Below are positions 1-10,373 of a stretch of DNA of 64,000 bases, one piece after another. The stretch covers positions 128,001-192,000 of the forward strand of contig CAWHEP010000010.1 in assembly GCA_963828525.1 (NCBI GenBank), read 5' to 3'. Under the pieces are notes generated by a model that was not told where the DNA came from, searched no databases, and was given only the letters and a program-made list of their open reading frames with translations. This DNA comes from an uncultured Verrucomicrobiae bacterium (GTDB lineage Bacteria > Verrucomicrobiota > Verrucomicrobiia > Chthoniobacterales > Chthoniobacteraceae). The stretch's first letter is position 1; every line of letters starts with the position of its first letter. A program made the translations under genes and the position numbers.

Positions 1-477
1 CAGGAATAGAAAACGCAGCTTCTTCTGCGCGTCCAGCAGCGCCGTCTGTGTAAGATTCTCGATCAACACCGAGGCGGCCAGTATGGGAGCAGCGCGTCGA
101 ATCGCGCCTGGCACCAGTGGCAGCCAATGCGCGCCCGCAAGGAACAGCACAGCCGCCGCCAGACCCAATGCTGCGTTTAGCTGGAAATTGTAAATCGTGT
201 AACGCCGGTCGCTTCCGATGTAACTCAGGAACGCGTTTGATTGCCCAATTTCTCGGATGACACTCATCACCGCCAGCGCCAGGCACGCCTGCGCGTACAA
301 CCCAAACTGGTCGGGGAGGATCAGCCGTGTCGAAAGCAGAACCCCCGTAAATCGGAGGCCCTGACAGATAATGGATGATGTCGCGTAATATACCGAGGCC
401 CTCGCCCTGGGCCGGTCTGCAAGCTTCGCTCGCGCTGTCGCGACAGCGCGTTCCGCAAGGGTCCGAACAGCCCTCAT
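1..477 (-). CDS. Wzx-type oligosaccharide flippase, N-terminal part (runs off the window edge)
   Basis: Manual translation from ATG at 477, which overlaps the upstream TGA: MRAVRTLAE...YYATSSIICQGLRFTGVLLSTRLILPDQFGLYA..., a hydrophobic protein with the flippase-like 'RLL.P..FG' motif. Not in the ORF track. Confidence 0.75.
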   Translation of the reverse strand, partial: MRAVRTLAERAVATARAKLADRPRARASVYYATSSIICQGLRFTGVLLSTRLILPDQFGLYAQACLALAVMSVIREIGQSNAFLSYIGSDRRYTIYNFQLNAALGLAAAVLFLAGAHWLPLVPGAIRRAAPILAASVLIENLTQTALLDAQKKLRFLFL

Positions 478-1640
478 CTCAACCCTTCAAGAAATGCCGC
501 CCACCCGCCAGCAATGGCGCTGTTCGTATAGTTCTTCAATACCCGGGCGAGCCCCGCCTCAGCCACGCTCCTCCGCAAAATCACGTCATCGCGCAGCTTT
601 GCGAGGATTAAAGCGAGCGCCCGCGCGTCCCCCTCGGCGAATAATGGATCCGCGCTGCCGATCACTTCCGGGATCGCTCCAGAATCTGACCCAATCGTTG
701 CAACCCCGCACGCCATCGCCTCAATCAATACATGTCCAAACTGTTCCTTCCAGACCATGCCTCCCGTTCGCGTCTCTCTGCTCGGCAGCACAAACAGGTC
801 GAGAGCGCGCATAAATTCCGCCACGCGCGAATGTGGCCGCGGGGCCACCAGGTGCAACCATGGCCTGCTCTGCCGCAGCTTCTCCAGCTGGCCGCGCAGG
901 GAGCCATTCCCCATGAGCGCAAGTTGCAGGTCTGCATGAGGACAATCCTCCCGCGCCAACCCCGCTGCCTCGACCAGTTCCAGCACCCCTTTGAATTCCT
1001 CCAGCCGCCCGCAATATCCCACCAGGAAACACTCTCGCGGCACAGCCAGCGCGCCCCGCAGTTCCTTCTGCTCATCCGCGTCAGCGGGCCGAAATACCGC
1101 TTCGTCCACGCCGAGTTGCGGCGAGATAAAAAGCCTGTCGGCGGTGATCCCGCGCCGTCTAAAAAGCTTGCCTGCTTCTTCATTACCCACGATCGCGAAG
1201 TCACCTGTGCGGACCGCGGCACGGTAGATCAAGCCCAGTCCGAATCCCTTGATTCCACTCCGCTCCATATTCTCCCATGAGAATTCCCCAAACAGCGCTC
1301 TGGGCTGATACACTCGCTTCCACCACCATGTCTGCCATCGAATCCACGCCCACGGCTCTGATTCCACCACTATTACATCATACCGCTCCTCCCTTAGCAT
1401 TCTCCCGAGCCCGCGCAAGATGTAGCGCGTTGTCGTTTGCGGCGCTCCAATTGTCTCAAGTGCTCTAAGGTCAAATCCGTCGCGCGATTCTACGCGCGAG
1501 ACATTCGATGCCTGCCCGAAAGTCTCCCCGCTCCGCGTCGTGGCGCACCCCACATGGAAGTATCTCCCCAGTTCCCGCAACTTCTTCCGATTCTCTTCCG
1601 CCACGTAGGTGGCGCTGACAATCAGCAATTTCTTTTTCAT
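474..1640 (-). CDS. Glycosyltransferase family 4 (GT-B)
   Basis: GYCGRLEEFKG, DLFVLPS and EQFGHVLIEAMACG motifs; start taken at MKKKLLIV. Confidence 0.9.
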   Translation of the reverse strand: MKKKLLIVSATYVAEENRKKLRELGRYFHVGCATTRSGETFGQASNVSRVESRDGFDLRALETIGAPQTTTRYILRGLGRMLREERYDVIVVESEPWAWIRWQTWWWKRVYQPRALFGEFSWENMERSGIKGFGLGLIYRAAVRTGDFAIVGNEEAGKLFRRRGITADRLFISPQLGVDEAVFRPADADEQKELRGALAVPRECFLVGYCGRLEEFKGVLELVEAAGLAREDCPHADLQLALMGNGSLRGQLEKLRQSRPWLHLVAPRPHSRVAEFMRALDLFVLPSRETRTGGMVWKEQFGHVLIEAMACGVATIGSDSGAIPEVIGSADPLFAEGDARALALILAKLRDDVILRRSVAEAGLARVLKNYTNSAIAGGWAAFLEGLR

Positions 1641-1737
1641 TCCGGGAAGTTTGGACGGCTTTGGGAAAGAACGTGTGGCCTTCAACCGCCTTATTAGCTT
1701 CGAATGCGCGCCGAGCTATCGTAAAGGACTTTCTCGA

Positions 1738-3021
1738 ATGCCGTCATCTCCTCGCGTCATCGTGTCTCATCCCTCGAAACAAGGCACCGTTTACGAACGG
1801 CCCCTTGCCGCGCAGCGGGCTGGCCTCCCTACTCTATTTCTTACAGGCCTTTACTACCGTCCAGGAGCTTTCCCATACAACCTCACCGCGCTGCTCCCCT
1901 CCGGAGCAAAGGCCCGTGCCCTCTCGTTCCTTCAGCGGCGCAGAATCGAAGGTCTTGATGATTCATCCATCGTCTCGATAGGTGGGCCCTGGCTCGAAAT
2001 CGCCACCCGTCCAGGACGCCTCTTCGGGCGCCTCACTTCACCGTTCATCCCTCTGCAAGATTCCATCCATGACCTTATGGCGAGCCGCTGGATCGGTAAT
2101 CTCGCTTCGGGTCCTGAAAACGTCATCGTTCATGGCTTTCAGGGTTCCTGCCTCCGCTCGCTTCGAGCCGCCAGGCGCAGGGGATTTCTGACCGCGCTGG
2201 AAATCACACTCCCGCCGTGCCAATGGAAAATTGTCGGCGAGGAGCGCCAGCGCCTGGGTCTCAAACCGGGCAAAATGGAAGCCCCCGCGCGAGAAATTGC
2301 CGAGATTCGCGAGGCCGACTATGTCATCTCGCAATCCTACTTCAGCATGGATTGCGCGAGACAACTCGGCGTTGAGGCGAACCGCATGATCCACCTTCCC
2401 ATGGGAGGCGACGTCCATAGATTCCAGCCTCCTTCTCCTCCTCGCGATGCTTCGCGCCCACTGCAGGTCCTCTTCCTCGGTCAGATTTCCATCCGCAAGG
2501 GAATCCACTACCTCCTGCAAGCCTGGCACGAACTCCGTCTCCCGAGCGCCAGGCTTCTCCTGGTGGGTTCCCTCACCGACCCTGACGCCGCTCCTTTCCT
2601 CAAGAAATATGAGGGCGAATTCTCCTGGCTCGGTTTCGCCCCGCATTCCGAACTGGCGCGCATCTATCGCGAAAGCGATATCTTCGTCCTTCCGTCTTTG
2701 GCTGAAGGTGGCGGCAATGTCCTCTACGAGGCCATGGCTTCAGGCCTTCCCTGCATCGTCACCCGCAACGCCGGCTCCGCTATCGTGGATGGCGCTGAGG
2801 GAAGAGTTATTCCCGTCGGCGACATCCCGGCTCTCAAAGATGCCATCCTCGAACTTCATTCTGATCGGGCCAAATGCCGGGTTATGGGAGAGCAAGCTTT
2901 CCTCAAGGCCCAACGGTTTACCTGGGGCGACTACTCGCGCCGAATTGGCAAAATGTATAGCCGCATCAGCGAGAGCAAAGGCGCGCCCTTCTCCAGCATG
3001 CTGGATCTGGTGAACGAATGA
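1738..3021 (+). CDS. Glycosyltransferase family 4
   Basis: FLGQISIRKG and DIFVLPSLAEGGGNVLYEAMASGLP motifs; start taken at MPSSPRV. Confidence 0.9.
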   Translation: MPSSPRVIVSHPSKQGTVYERPLAAQRAGLPTLFLTGLYYRPGAFPYNLTALLPSGAKARALSFLQRRRIEGLDDSSIVSIGGPWLEIATRPGRLFGRLTSPFIPLQDSIHDLMASRWIGNLASGPENVIVHGFQGSCLRSLRAARRRGFLTALEITLPPCQWKIVGEERQRLGLKPGKMEAPAREIAEIREADYVISQSYFSMDCARQLGVEANRMIHLPMGGDVHRFQPPSPPRDASRPLQVLFLGQISIRKGIHYLLQAWHELRLPSARLLLVGSLTDPDAAPFLKKYEGEFSWLGFAPHSELARIYRESDIFVLPSLAEGGGNVLYEAMASGLPCIVTRNAGSAIVDGAEGRVIPVGDIPALKDAILELHSDRAKCRVMGEQAFLKAQRFTWGDYSRRIGKMYSRISESKGAPFSSMLDLVNE

Positions 3022-3093
3022 ACAGGTCAACAGTCTGCGTCGCTGTTAACACCCATGCCCGCCCGTTCAATTAGAATACAAGTCGCTCGGAGA

Positions 3094-4884
3094 CTAATAC
3101 GATTTTAGCAACTCTTCTCGCGCCTCTTCCGTTTTCCCGGCCGCCTCGAAGTGCTTGGAATAGAAATAGTGAATCACCCCAAGGTTGGGATCCCAGCGCG
3201 CCGCCTCCTCGAAAGCCTTGCCCGCTTCCTCGTACCTTCCCAACCCGTCCAGCGACTGCCCCAGACCCACCAGCATCTTTTCATCCTGTGGAAAAAGCTG
3301 CAGCCCTTTCCTGTAAAACATCGCCGCCTGCTCGTAACGCCCGGCAGGTGGCCCCTCGAACAGCGCTCCCGGAGCCAGAATCCGATTCGCTTCCGCCAGG
3401 TAAAAGTATAGATCAGGGTTCTGCTTCTCCACCTCCAAGCCTTTGTTCGCCTCAGTGATCGCGTCATAGTAGGCGCCGTCGCGAAGCGCCACTCTCGCTT
3501 GCTCCGCGCGCCATTCTCCAGGCAGCTTCGGCCACCCAAGAACCCAGATCGCGCTCCCGACGCCAGCCAGCGCCACCCGAAAGAACACCGCGCAGGCCAG
3601 CCTCTGGGTCGATCGGGAGACTGCGGCGCCCTCTTCCAGCGGGCTGCCTAGGACCCCGAACAAAAATGCGAACAGCAGCGCGTTCCCTGGTATGTGCAGA
3701 TTGAAGTCGAACACAGAGTGAACCAAGTACGCCGACACTGCCGAAAGAGAGCCTATTGCGAGGGCTAGCGTGTTGCTCCGCGTTCGGTAGGCGGTGAGGC
3801 GGCTCTCCGAGGCTCGCTTCAGCGCGGCACAGCCATTCCACAGATGCGTCCCCAGGAACACCGCCATGAGCGATGCTCCCGCTATCCCATACTCCGCCAG
3901 CAGCTCCAGATAATCGCAGTGCGCGTGTACCGGGTCTGTTTGCAACTCCGCGCGCCTTCTGAAGAGCCGTCCGTAGATCAAATGCGTGCCAGCCCCAGTC
4001 CCGAATATCGGTGACAGCCGGAAGTTATCCAGCGCGGCCTGCCAGTTGTAGATGCGCGCATCCCGCGCCGCGACCTGATCCATTCGCTCCCTGACAAGGT
4101 TGCTCTGCCCCACCATCAGGTTTTTCCCCCCAATCAGCAGCCCGCCAAATACCGCGCAGATGATGACGCCCCATAAAATCAGCCGTCTTGGAGCGCGTAA
4201 CCTCACGACCACCAAGCTGAGAATGCTGAAAACCACCACGGAAAACGCGACGCTCAAATACCCCCCGCGGCTTCCGCTGATCGCCACCCCGAAGTAGCAT
4301 GCAAGGCCGATGTATCCCGTAAGGATTTTCGCCCAAAGATTCCATCGACTCCACACCACCAGACTTACCGCGAGAATCCCGGCCACCTCCAGAAATCCGG
4401 CGAAGTGGTTGGGATTGATGAACATCCCGCTGGCCCGCGTTCCTGCCGGCGGGCGGATCAATCCGAAGAGCATAAAATTGTTCCCTTTCGAAAACTGGGT
4501 CAGCCCTACGAACAACTCCACCCCGGCAAGAACGAAGAGGCCGGCGACAAATACCATGCGCGCCGTCGCTGGCGTCACATACAATGCCACCACCAAGTAC
4601 ACACCCAGGCATCCTAGCACCGCGAACAAGTCGGTTCTGGCTAGATATTCGACCGGCGAACACCAACAGCGCGCAAGCAGGTAACTCCCCAGCGCGATTG
4701 CTGAGAACATACACGGCGCGCTGCCTGAAAAACGCTTCCTCCGGATTGAAACCAGGCTCAACAACCCGGCGCTCCCGATCACAAGATACCCAGGCAGGCT
4801 GAACACCAGCCGCGTCCCGCCGACAAGACAATCGATGCCTCCTACTGCCGCGCAGAGGAGCAGGACATAAACATAGTTCATCAC
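3094..4884 (-). CDS. O-antigen ligase (Wzy_C)-family membrane protein with C-terminal TPR repeats
   Basis: RASGMFINPNHFAG, SGSRGG, PIFGTGAG and HAHCDYLELLAEYGI motifs; multiple TM helices; TPR-like C-terminus. Confidence 0.85.
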   Translation of the reverse strand: MMNYVYVLLLCAAVGGIDCLVGGTRLVFSLPGYLVIGSAGLLSLVSIRRKRFSGSAPCMFSAIALGSYLLARCWCSPVEYLARTDLFAVLGCLGVYLVVALYVTPATARMVFVAGLFVLAGVELFVGLTQFSKGNNFMLFGLIRPPAGTRASGMFINPNHFAGFLEVAGILAVSLVVWSRWNLWAKILTGYIGLACYFGVAISGSRGGYLSVAFSVVVFSILSLVVVRLRAPRRLILWGVIICAVFGGLLIGGKNLMVGQSNLVRERMDQVAARDARIYNWQAALDNFRLSPIFGTGAGTHLIYGRLFRRRAELQTDPVHAHCDYLELLAEYGIAGASLMAVFLGTHLWNGCAALKRASESRLTAYRTRSNTLALAIGSLSAVSAYLVHSVFDFNLHIPGNALLFAFLFGVLGSPLEEGAAVSRSTQRLACAVFFRVALAGVGSAIWVLGWPKLPGEWRAEQARVALRDGAYYDAITEANKGLEVEKQNPDLYFYLAEANRILAPGALFEGPPAGRYEQAAMFYRKGLQLFPQDEKMLVGLGQSLDGLGRYEEAGKAFEEAARWDPNLGVIHYFYSKHFEAAGKTEEAREELLKSY

Positions 4885-5001
4885 GATATTCTAAGCGACG
4901 CTCGTTGGCGCATCGCGCTATTTTCCTCTTTTCTTATAATCGCCCGCCTCCTTGTTATTGTCATTCAAGACGACCGGCCTACCATCCTGACAGCTTTTGA
5001 G

Positions 5002-5928
5002 ATGCACCTGAAATTCGCCAAAGAGGTTGGGTTCGTGAGATACGTCTTCCGGCGCCTTCTCTGGCGCGTCCTCGTCGCGTTCCGGGATGAGATCATGTTC
5101 TCGCTGCCTTCCGGTTCCTCAATCCCTCTGCCGAGGGGAAGTCCTTTTGCCTCAGACGTGTTCGTTACCGGCGCGAATACTGACTGGAACTCCGAGTGCC
5201 TGCTTGCCGCATACCTCTCTTCTTTTGCAAATGCGGGGGACTTCATCGATGTGGGCGCGAATATTGGTTACTATTCCGCGTACATGTCACCGCTCGCGCG
5301 GAATTGCTATGCATTCGAGCCTGATATAAGAAATTTGCCCCTTCTCAGAAGGACAGCCAGCTTGCTTTCGAACGTTACCGTTATCGACCAGGCGATACAG
5401 GATTCCAAGGGCGTGATCCACCTCGATGTCTCCTCAGCCCCCGATCTCACCCACGTGATCCATGCCGCTCACTCTCCGGGCGTTCAGACCGCCACAGCAA
5501 CTACCATTGACTGCTTTTGCGCCGAGAATCCCCACGTCTCTCCGCTCGCTGTCAAAATCGACATCGAAGGCTTCGATATTTTGGCGCTTGAAGGCGCGGC
5601 CGAAGTGGCGAGGAAGCACAAGCCAGTCTTTCTCATCGAGTTTGCGATCGAAGATCAGCGGCCAAACTCATGGGAACGTCTTGCTCGATTCGTCCAGCAG
5701 AACGATTATACCGTCTACGCCATCGCGCGCGAAGATCCCTCTGCTTTCGAATACCGCTTCGAACTCCACCAACCGGATTTCATTGCGCTTCCCAAGCTGT
5801 TCACCAAAATGCTCTTTCTTGTTCCGCTTTCCACAGATTTCTTTTCCGTATTGCGACGAGGCAATGGGGCGGGTTCCAAGGCTTTTCGCCCATCGGCGGC
5901 GCGGGCTTTTCTGAGGGAGCACCGGTAA
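5002..5928 (+). CDS. FkbM-family methyltransferase
   Basis: FIDVGANIGYYS, YAFEP and VKIDIEGFD motifs. Confidence 0.9.
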   Translation: MHLKFAKEVGFVRYVFRRLLWRVLVAFRDEIMFSLPSGSSIPLPRGSPFASDVFVTGANTDWNSECLLAAYLSSFANAGDFIDVGANIGYYSAYMSPLARNCYAFEPDIRNLPLLRRTASLLSNVTVIDQAIQDSKGVIHLDVSSAPDLTHVIHAAHSPGVQTATATTIDCFCAENPHVSPLAVKIDIEGFDILALEGAAEVARKHKPVFLIEFAIEDQRPNSWERLARFVQQNDYTVYAIAREDPSAFEYRFELHQPDFIALPKLFTKMLFLVPLSTDFFSVLRRGNGAGSKAFRPSAARAFLREHR

Positions 5929-5951
5929 TCTTCGTTCGCCACCCTCCCCCG

Positions 5952-6815
5952 TCACTCCCACGTCTTCCCCCGATCGCCCGGCACAATCCGCCGCAGGCAA
6001 TAAATATCGCTCCCCGCGAGCTCTTCCCGCCGCTCATGCAAACTGGGCCACGCGTCCCACTGCGCGCTAATGAGCTTCCCTGTAATCCCATCACTTTCAC
6101 GGCTCGCCAGATACACAGCCAGACTTGCTCCTTTGTCCAACGGCGTCGCTCCGTTCTCCTTCCACTGTTTGTTCTTTTCGAAGTAAGCTTGTCCAACCTT
6201 GTCCGGCCCCGCCTCAAGCACTTGATCCACCAGCCGGGTCGCAAGCGCCCCGGGCGCGATGGCGTTCACGTCGATGTGGAACGCCCTTAACTCCTCGGCC
6301 AGCGTCTCCATGAGCCGCACCGCTCCAGCCTTTGACGCCGCGTACGAACTGATGTTCGGCATTGGATTCGTCGCTCCACCGCCGGATACTACGATGATCT
6401 TTCCTCGCCCCGACTTCTTCATCCGCGGGATCACCGCCCGGCTTGGCAGCAACACCCCGAGCAGGTTGATCTCCACCGCTCGCATCCATTCCGTTACCGG
6501 CACACTCTCCGTCGCTCCCATGGGTCCATAAACCCCAGCGTTGTTTACGAGCACATCCACCGCGCCGAATTTCGCGCGCGCGTCAGCAAACAGTTCCTCC
6601 ACATCCGCCTCCCTGGAGACATCACAGGTGTTTGCAAAGACCTGCTGTCCGCCCGCCGCCATCCCTCGCAACTGCGCAAGCGCGCTCTGCAGCGCCGCCT
6701 CTTCCCGCGCGCAGAACATCACGTTCGCTCCCTCCCGAATGAAATGTTCACAGATCGCCTTCCCGAGACCCTGGCTGCCGCCGGTCACCACCGTGTTTAG
6801 CTTTTCTAGTTTCAT
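5952..6815 (-). CDS. Short-chain dehydrogenase/reductase
   Basis: TGGSQGLG, NNAG, YAASK; ATG at 6815 overlaps the upstream TGA. Confidence 0.9.
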   Translation of the reverse strand: MKLEKLNTVVTGGSQGLGKAICEHFIREGANVMFCAREEAALQSALAQLRGMAAGGQQVFANTCDVSREADVEELFADARAKFGAVDVLVNNAGVYGPMGATESVPVTEWMRAVEINLLGVLLPSRAVIPRMKKSGRGKIIVVSGGGATNPMPNISSYAASKAGAVRLMETLAEELRAFHIDVNAIAPGALATRLVDQVLEAGPDKVGQAYFEKNKQWKENGATPLDKGASLAVYLASRESDGITGKLISAQWDAWPSLHERREELAGSDIYCLRRIVPGDRGKTWE

Positions 6816-8080
6816 AAGATATGCCCAACCCGGAAATGCTCTGCCGTCAGCCCTTTTATCGCGCCTTCCAGAAACCCATTCGCGTCCACGATCACCCGCT
6901 GGCGCATTGTCCCAAGCGCATCTCCCCACGCCGCCTCTCGGAAAATAGGCCATTCCGTGCAGATCACCGCCGCGTCCGCGCCATTCACCGCCTCCGCCAC
7001 ATTATTAGACACCTGTGTCCCCGGCAACTCCGCCGGCAGGTGCTTTACCGCCGGGTCGAACGCCCTCACCACCGCTCCCGCTTTTTCGAGCTTCGCGCAA
7101 AGCTCCACCGCGTCGCTTCGCCGCAGCGTATCCGTATTCACCGTGTATGTCAGACCGAGCACGGCGATCACCTTCCCGCGCAAATCACCCAACCGCGCTG
7201 TCAGCCTTTGCAAGGCCCACCCGCGGTGCAAGTGATTACTCTTCGTGATTGCGGGTATCACAGAGAGGATCTCCCCATGTCTCTCTCCAAGCTCGGTGAG
7301 CGTCACCACATCCCGCGCCAGCGTCCCGCCCGCGAACGCGCCTCCCGGCCCGAGGTAAGCCTTCGATCCTATGCGCGGCTCGCTCTTCAACCCGGCGGAT
7401 ACCTCGTCCGCGTCCGCCCCGGTATGCTCGCAAAGCCTCGCGATCTCGTTGATGAACGTTACCGACAAGGCCAGGAATGAGTTCAGCGCGTGCTTCACCA
7501 TCTCCGCCGATTCCGTCCGCATGAACACAATCCGCGTTGTGAATGGCTTGAAAAGCTCCTCGATCAACGCCTTGTCCGCTTCACTCCGGATTCCCACTAC
7601 CACCCGTTCCGCCTTCTCAAAAGCCTTGATCGCCTGTCCCAGCCTGAGGTTTTCCGGCGAGCAGGCGAAATGGTGGCGGGGAAACTCCGCCTCCAGTTTG
7701 GCGCACGATCCCACCGGCAGTTGCGCCGAGATCAGAACCAGCGCCCCCTCGCGCAGATGTCGCAGCGCCCCCCTCGCGCATTCCAGCACCGACTCCACAT
7801 TCGACCTATCATCTTCGTCCACCGGTGTATCGCGCGTCACCCACAGGACATCCGCCTCGGCGCATCCCGTCTCAGCATCCGTCGTGAAAGACAGTTGCTC
7901 CGCGACAATCCCCGCCGAGATCAGTTCATCCAGCCCCGGCTCGAATAAAGGCGCTCGTCCCTCGTTCAATCCCTTCACCGTCTCCGCGTCTTCATCCACG
8001 CCCACCGTTTCGAAATGCTTTGCGCAACAGGCCGCCGTAACGCAGCCGAGGTGCCAGAGGCCAAGCGTCGTCACCTTCAT
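6812..8080 (-). CDS. UDP-glucose/GDP-mannose dehydrogenase-family protein (atypical, lacks catalytic Cys)
   Basis: GLWHLG Rossmann motif, PENLRLG, SAEMVKHALNSFLA, EPRIG; GGTLARD stands where the family has GGSCFPKD. Confidence 0.85.
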   Translation of the reverse strand: MKVTTLGLWHLGCVTAACCAKHFETVGVDEDAETVKGLNEGRAPLFEPGLDELISAGIVAEQLSFTTDAETGCAEADVLWVTRDTPVDEDDRSNVESVLECARGALRHLREGALVLISAQLPVGSCAKLEAEFPRHHFACSPENLRLGQAIKAFEKAERVVVGIRSEADKALIEELFKPFTTRIVFMRTESAEMVKHALNSFLALSVTFINEIARLCEHTGADADEVSAGLKSEPRIGSKAYLGPGGAFAGGTLARDVVTLTELGERHGEILSVIPAITKSNHLHRGWALQRLTARLGDLRGKVIAVLGLTYTVNTDTLRRSDAVELCAKLEKAGAVVRAFDPAVKHLPAELPGTQVSNNVAEAVNGADAAVICTEWPIFREAAWGDALGTMRQRVIVDANGFLEGAIKGLTAEHFRVGHIL

Positions 8081-9090
8081 TCCTTTTTCGCCCTCATGCC
8101 ACTCTGCTCATACACCGCCTCCACGATCTTCATCACCGCTCCGGCTTCTTCCAATCCCGGCTCCGCGCGGCGTCCCTCCCGTATGTCCGCGATGAATTCA
8201 TCCATCTCATGCGCCCACGATCGGTCGCCCCGCGGGTATTCATAAATCACCGTCTCCGGTGGCCCCATCTCTGGCAGCATCTTGTAGTGGTAAAGCCGCT
8301 CTACTCCGTAGCTCCCCCCCAGTCCTTCAACGTGCAGCTTCCCAGTCCGCCCATAGATCTCGAACGAAAATAGATTCTTCCACTCGCTGCAACTCACATG
8401 CAGCCAGGCGGTCTGCCCTGTGGCGGTCCGCAGATTCATAAACGCGTTATCATCCACGGGCATATCCCAAAAGTAGGTTGCCGCGTAGCCCTCCACGAAG
8501 CTGAAATCTCCCAGGAACATCCGGCTAAGATCGATCAGATGTACCCCTTGGTCGATCAACTCCCCGCCTCCTGAAATCGCGGGGTCCGCCCGCCATTCCC
8601 GGTCATACCCCGTCCGCCCCCCGTGCCCGTATCGCGCGCGGATATACATCAAACCCCCGATCTCCTTCACCAACTCGCGCGCTTTCAAAAATGCCGGGTG
8701 ATACCTGTGATTATACCCTGCCCTCACTACCACGCCCCGTTCCTTGGCGGCCGCGTCCATCTCCGTGATCTCCCCGCTGGAAAACGCCACCGGTTTTTCC
8801 ACCAGCACATGCTTGCCCGCCGCGATCGCCTGCATCGTGAGAGGAGCCAGCGCGGCGTTCAACGTCGACACGATCACCGCGTCCGCCCCGCTCATTGCCG
8901 CTTCCGCGCTCTCACACACCCGGCAGCCTCCCGCCATCCCTGCCAGCCGCTCCGCCCGTCCCCGGTCTATGTCGTAAACCGCCGTCACCGATCCCGACGG
9001 CAGATTTGCCAGCCGCTTCGCCCCGATCAGTCCGCACCCCACTATGGCGAACCGCAGCCGCGCGGGGACAACTGGGTCTGCTTTCATCAA
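8077..9090 (-). CDS. Gfo/Idh/MocA-family oxidoreductase
   Basis: GCGLIG, KHVLVEKP, GYNHRY, GGGELIDQGVHLID. Confidence 0.9.
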   Translation of the reverse strand: MMKADPVVPARLRFAIVGCGLIGAKRLANLPSGSVTAVYDIDRGRAERLAGMAGGCRVCESAEAAMSGADAVIVSTLNAALAPLTMQAIAAGKHVLVEKPVAFSSGEITEMDAAAKERGVVVRAGYNHRYHPAFLKARELVKEIGGLMYIRARYGHGGRTGYDREWRADPAISGGGELIDQGVHLIDLSRMFLGDFSFVEGYAATYFWDMPVDDNAFMNLRTATGQTAWLHVSCSEWKNLFSFEIYGRTGKLHVEGLGGSYGVERLYHYKMLPEMGPPETVIYEYPRGDRSWAHEMDEFIADIREGRRAEPGLEEAGAVMKIVEAVYEQSGMRAKKE

Positions 9091-9140
9091 CCCTCTCTAT
9101 TTCCCCTCCACAATTTTGCAACACTTCTCTGCGCCGCGCG

Positions 9141-10355
9141 CTACGCGTCTCCGCGTCGATGTCCCTCCTCCTCCGAGCAGTGCCTGACGAGATCGTCCAG
9201 GTTGAACACGCGACGCAGTCCTGTTTTCCAGTTTCGAAAAACGACCTCATACCATCCCTTCATCTTTTCGGGGACATACACCGAGTTCCCGACCCGTATC
9301 TTCTTGTGCTTGATGATGCGATGAATCACACCTTCGTAGGCGGACCGTGGCAGCGCTCGCAGTGAGCGCCGCCTCCATTCCACATTCCTGCCCGCGTCGT
9401 TGTATCCGGGAGGCCGCTCTGAAAAATCCAGGAGCGAGCGAGCGTTCCCCTTGAATACCGCTCCGATGTGCCTCAGACACGCGCGATCCGTGACAGCCGC
9501 GATGTCATCCAGGAAAGGGTGGCAAATCTGCCTCGCGATCTCTCGCAGGCTGCGAGCTGGGCCGGACTCCACGCGCCAGTCCGGAGCGTTAATGTCCGCT
9601 GTAAATGGATTGCGCTCAAAGCAATCGAACCGCGCCAGCCATCCCTTCCGGGAAGTGTGTTTGCGGGGATAGAATGGCGTTATGACCGGCAACCCCCGTC
9701 TTTGCAGTTCAGACAGATCATGCGACGGCCATCGGGCGACAGCCAGCGTGATCCCCACTGCCACTGAGGCGGCCGCGAGCATCAGCTCAGGGTCGGGCGT
9801 AAAATCGACCGTGATCTCTATCCTGTCTTCGCGCGGACGCGCGCCCACCCCGGTGCTGAACCGGTTCGCCGCCAGAATCAGGACCGGCGCCGGCAGGATA
9901 AATGCAAGCAACAGCGCGAGCTGGTTTAGTCCATCCGGGTCCAGGCCCCGCTCTTTTGGGATCGATACGTTATAGTGCGCGCTGAATCCTTCCAGCCTCA
10001 CAGGCCGCCCATTCGCGGCCTCCCAATCATCCAACTCGTCCCGCACAAACTCTATCTGTTCCCAAAGTGAGCGGACCGCCCGCGCGCAACATTCCGGCTC
10101 GATCTCGATGATAGGCGTCGCCACTTCCACAACTCCTGTGTCAAAGTATAGCGCTCCCCCAGAGGGCAGATGGAACGACCGTCCAGATCGCGGGATCATG
10201 CGCTCCCGAACGATTGCCTGCGGATTGGCAAAAACGTGCTCTGGCAGCCGTTTCTGGTCACGCACATAAAGCGTGAACTCAGCCTCAAGTCCTATTACCG
10301 GGCGGCGAGGCTGTGACGAGGCTTCACTCTTATCCCGTTCAGAGGATTTTCTCAC
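9141..10355 (-). CDS. Divergent PafA/Dop (Pup-ligase, glutamine-synthetase fold) carboxylate-amine ligase-like protein
   Basis: IGLEAEF, LPSGGALYFDTGVVEVATP, GFSAHYNVS and RIEITVD are colinear with the PafA motifs GIETEF, LRNGARLYLDVGSHPEYAT, GCHENY and RLHVIVGD (recalled, aligned by eye). Confidence 0.65.
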   Translation of the reverse strand: MRKSSERDKSEASSQPRRPVIGLEAEFTLYVRDQKRLPEHVFANPQAIVRERMIPRSGRSFHLPSGGALYFDTGVVEVATPIIEIEPECCARAVRSLWEQIEFVRDELDDWEAANGRPVRLEGFSAHYNVSIPKERGLDPDGLNQLALLLAFILPAPVLILAANRFSTGVGARPREDRIEITVDFTPDPELMLAAASVAVGITLAVARWPSHDLSELQRRGLPVITPFYPRKHTSRKGWLARFDCFERNPFTADINAPDWRVESGPARSLREIARQICHPFLDDIAAVTDRACLRHIGAVFKGNARSLLDFSERPPGYNDAGRNVEWRRRSLRALPRSAYEGVIHRIIKHKKIRVGNSVYVPEKMKGWYEVVFRNWKTGLRRVFNLDDLVRHCSEEEGHRRGDA

Positions 10356-10373
10356 ATTCGGTTTCTGCGCGCT

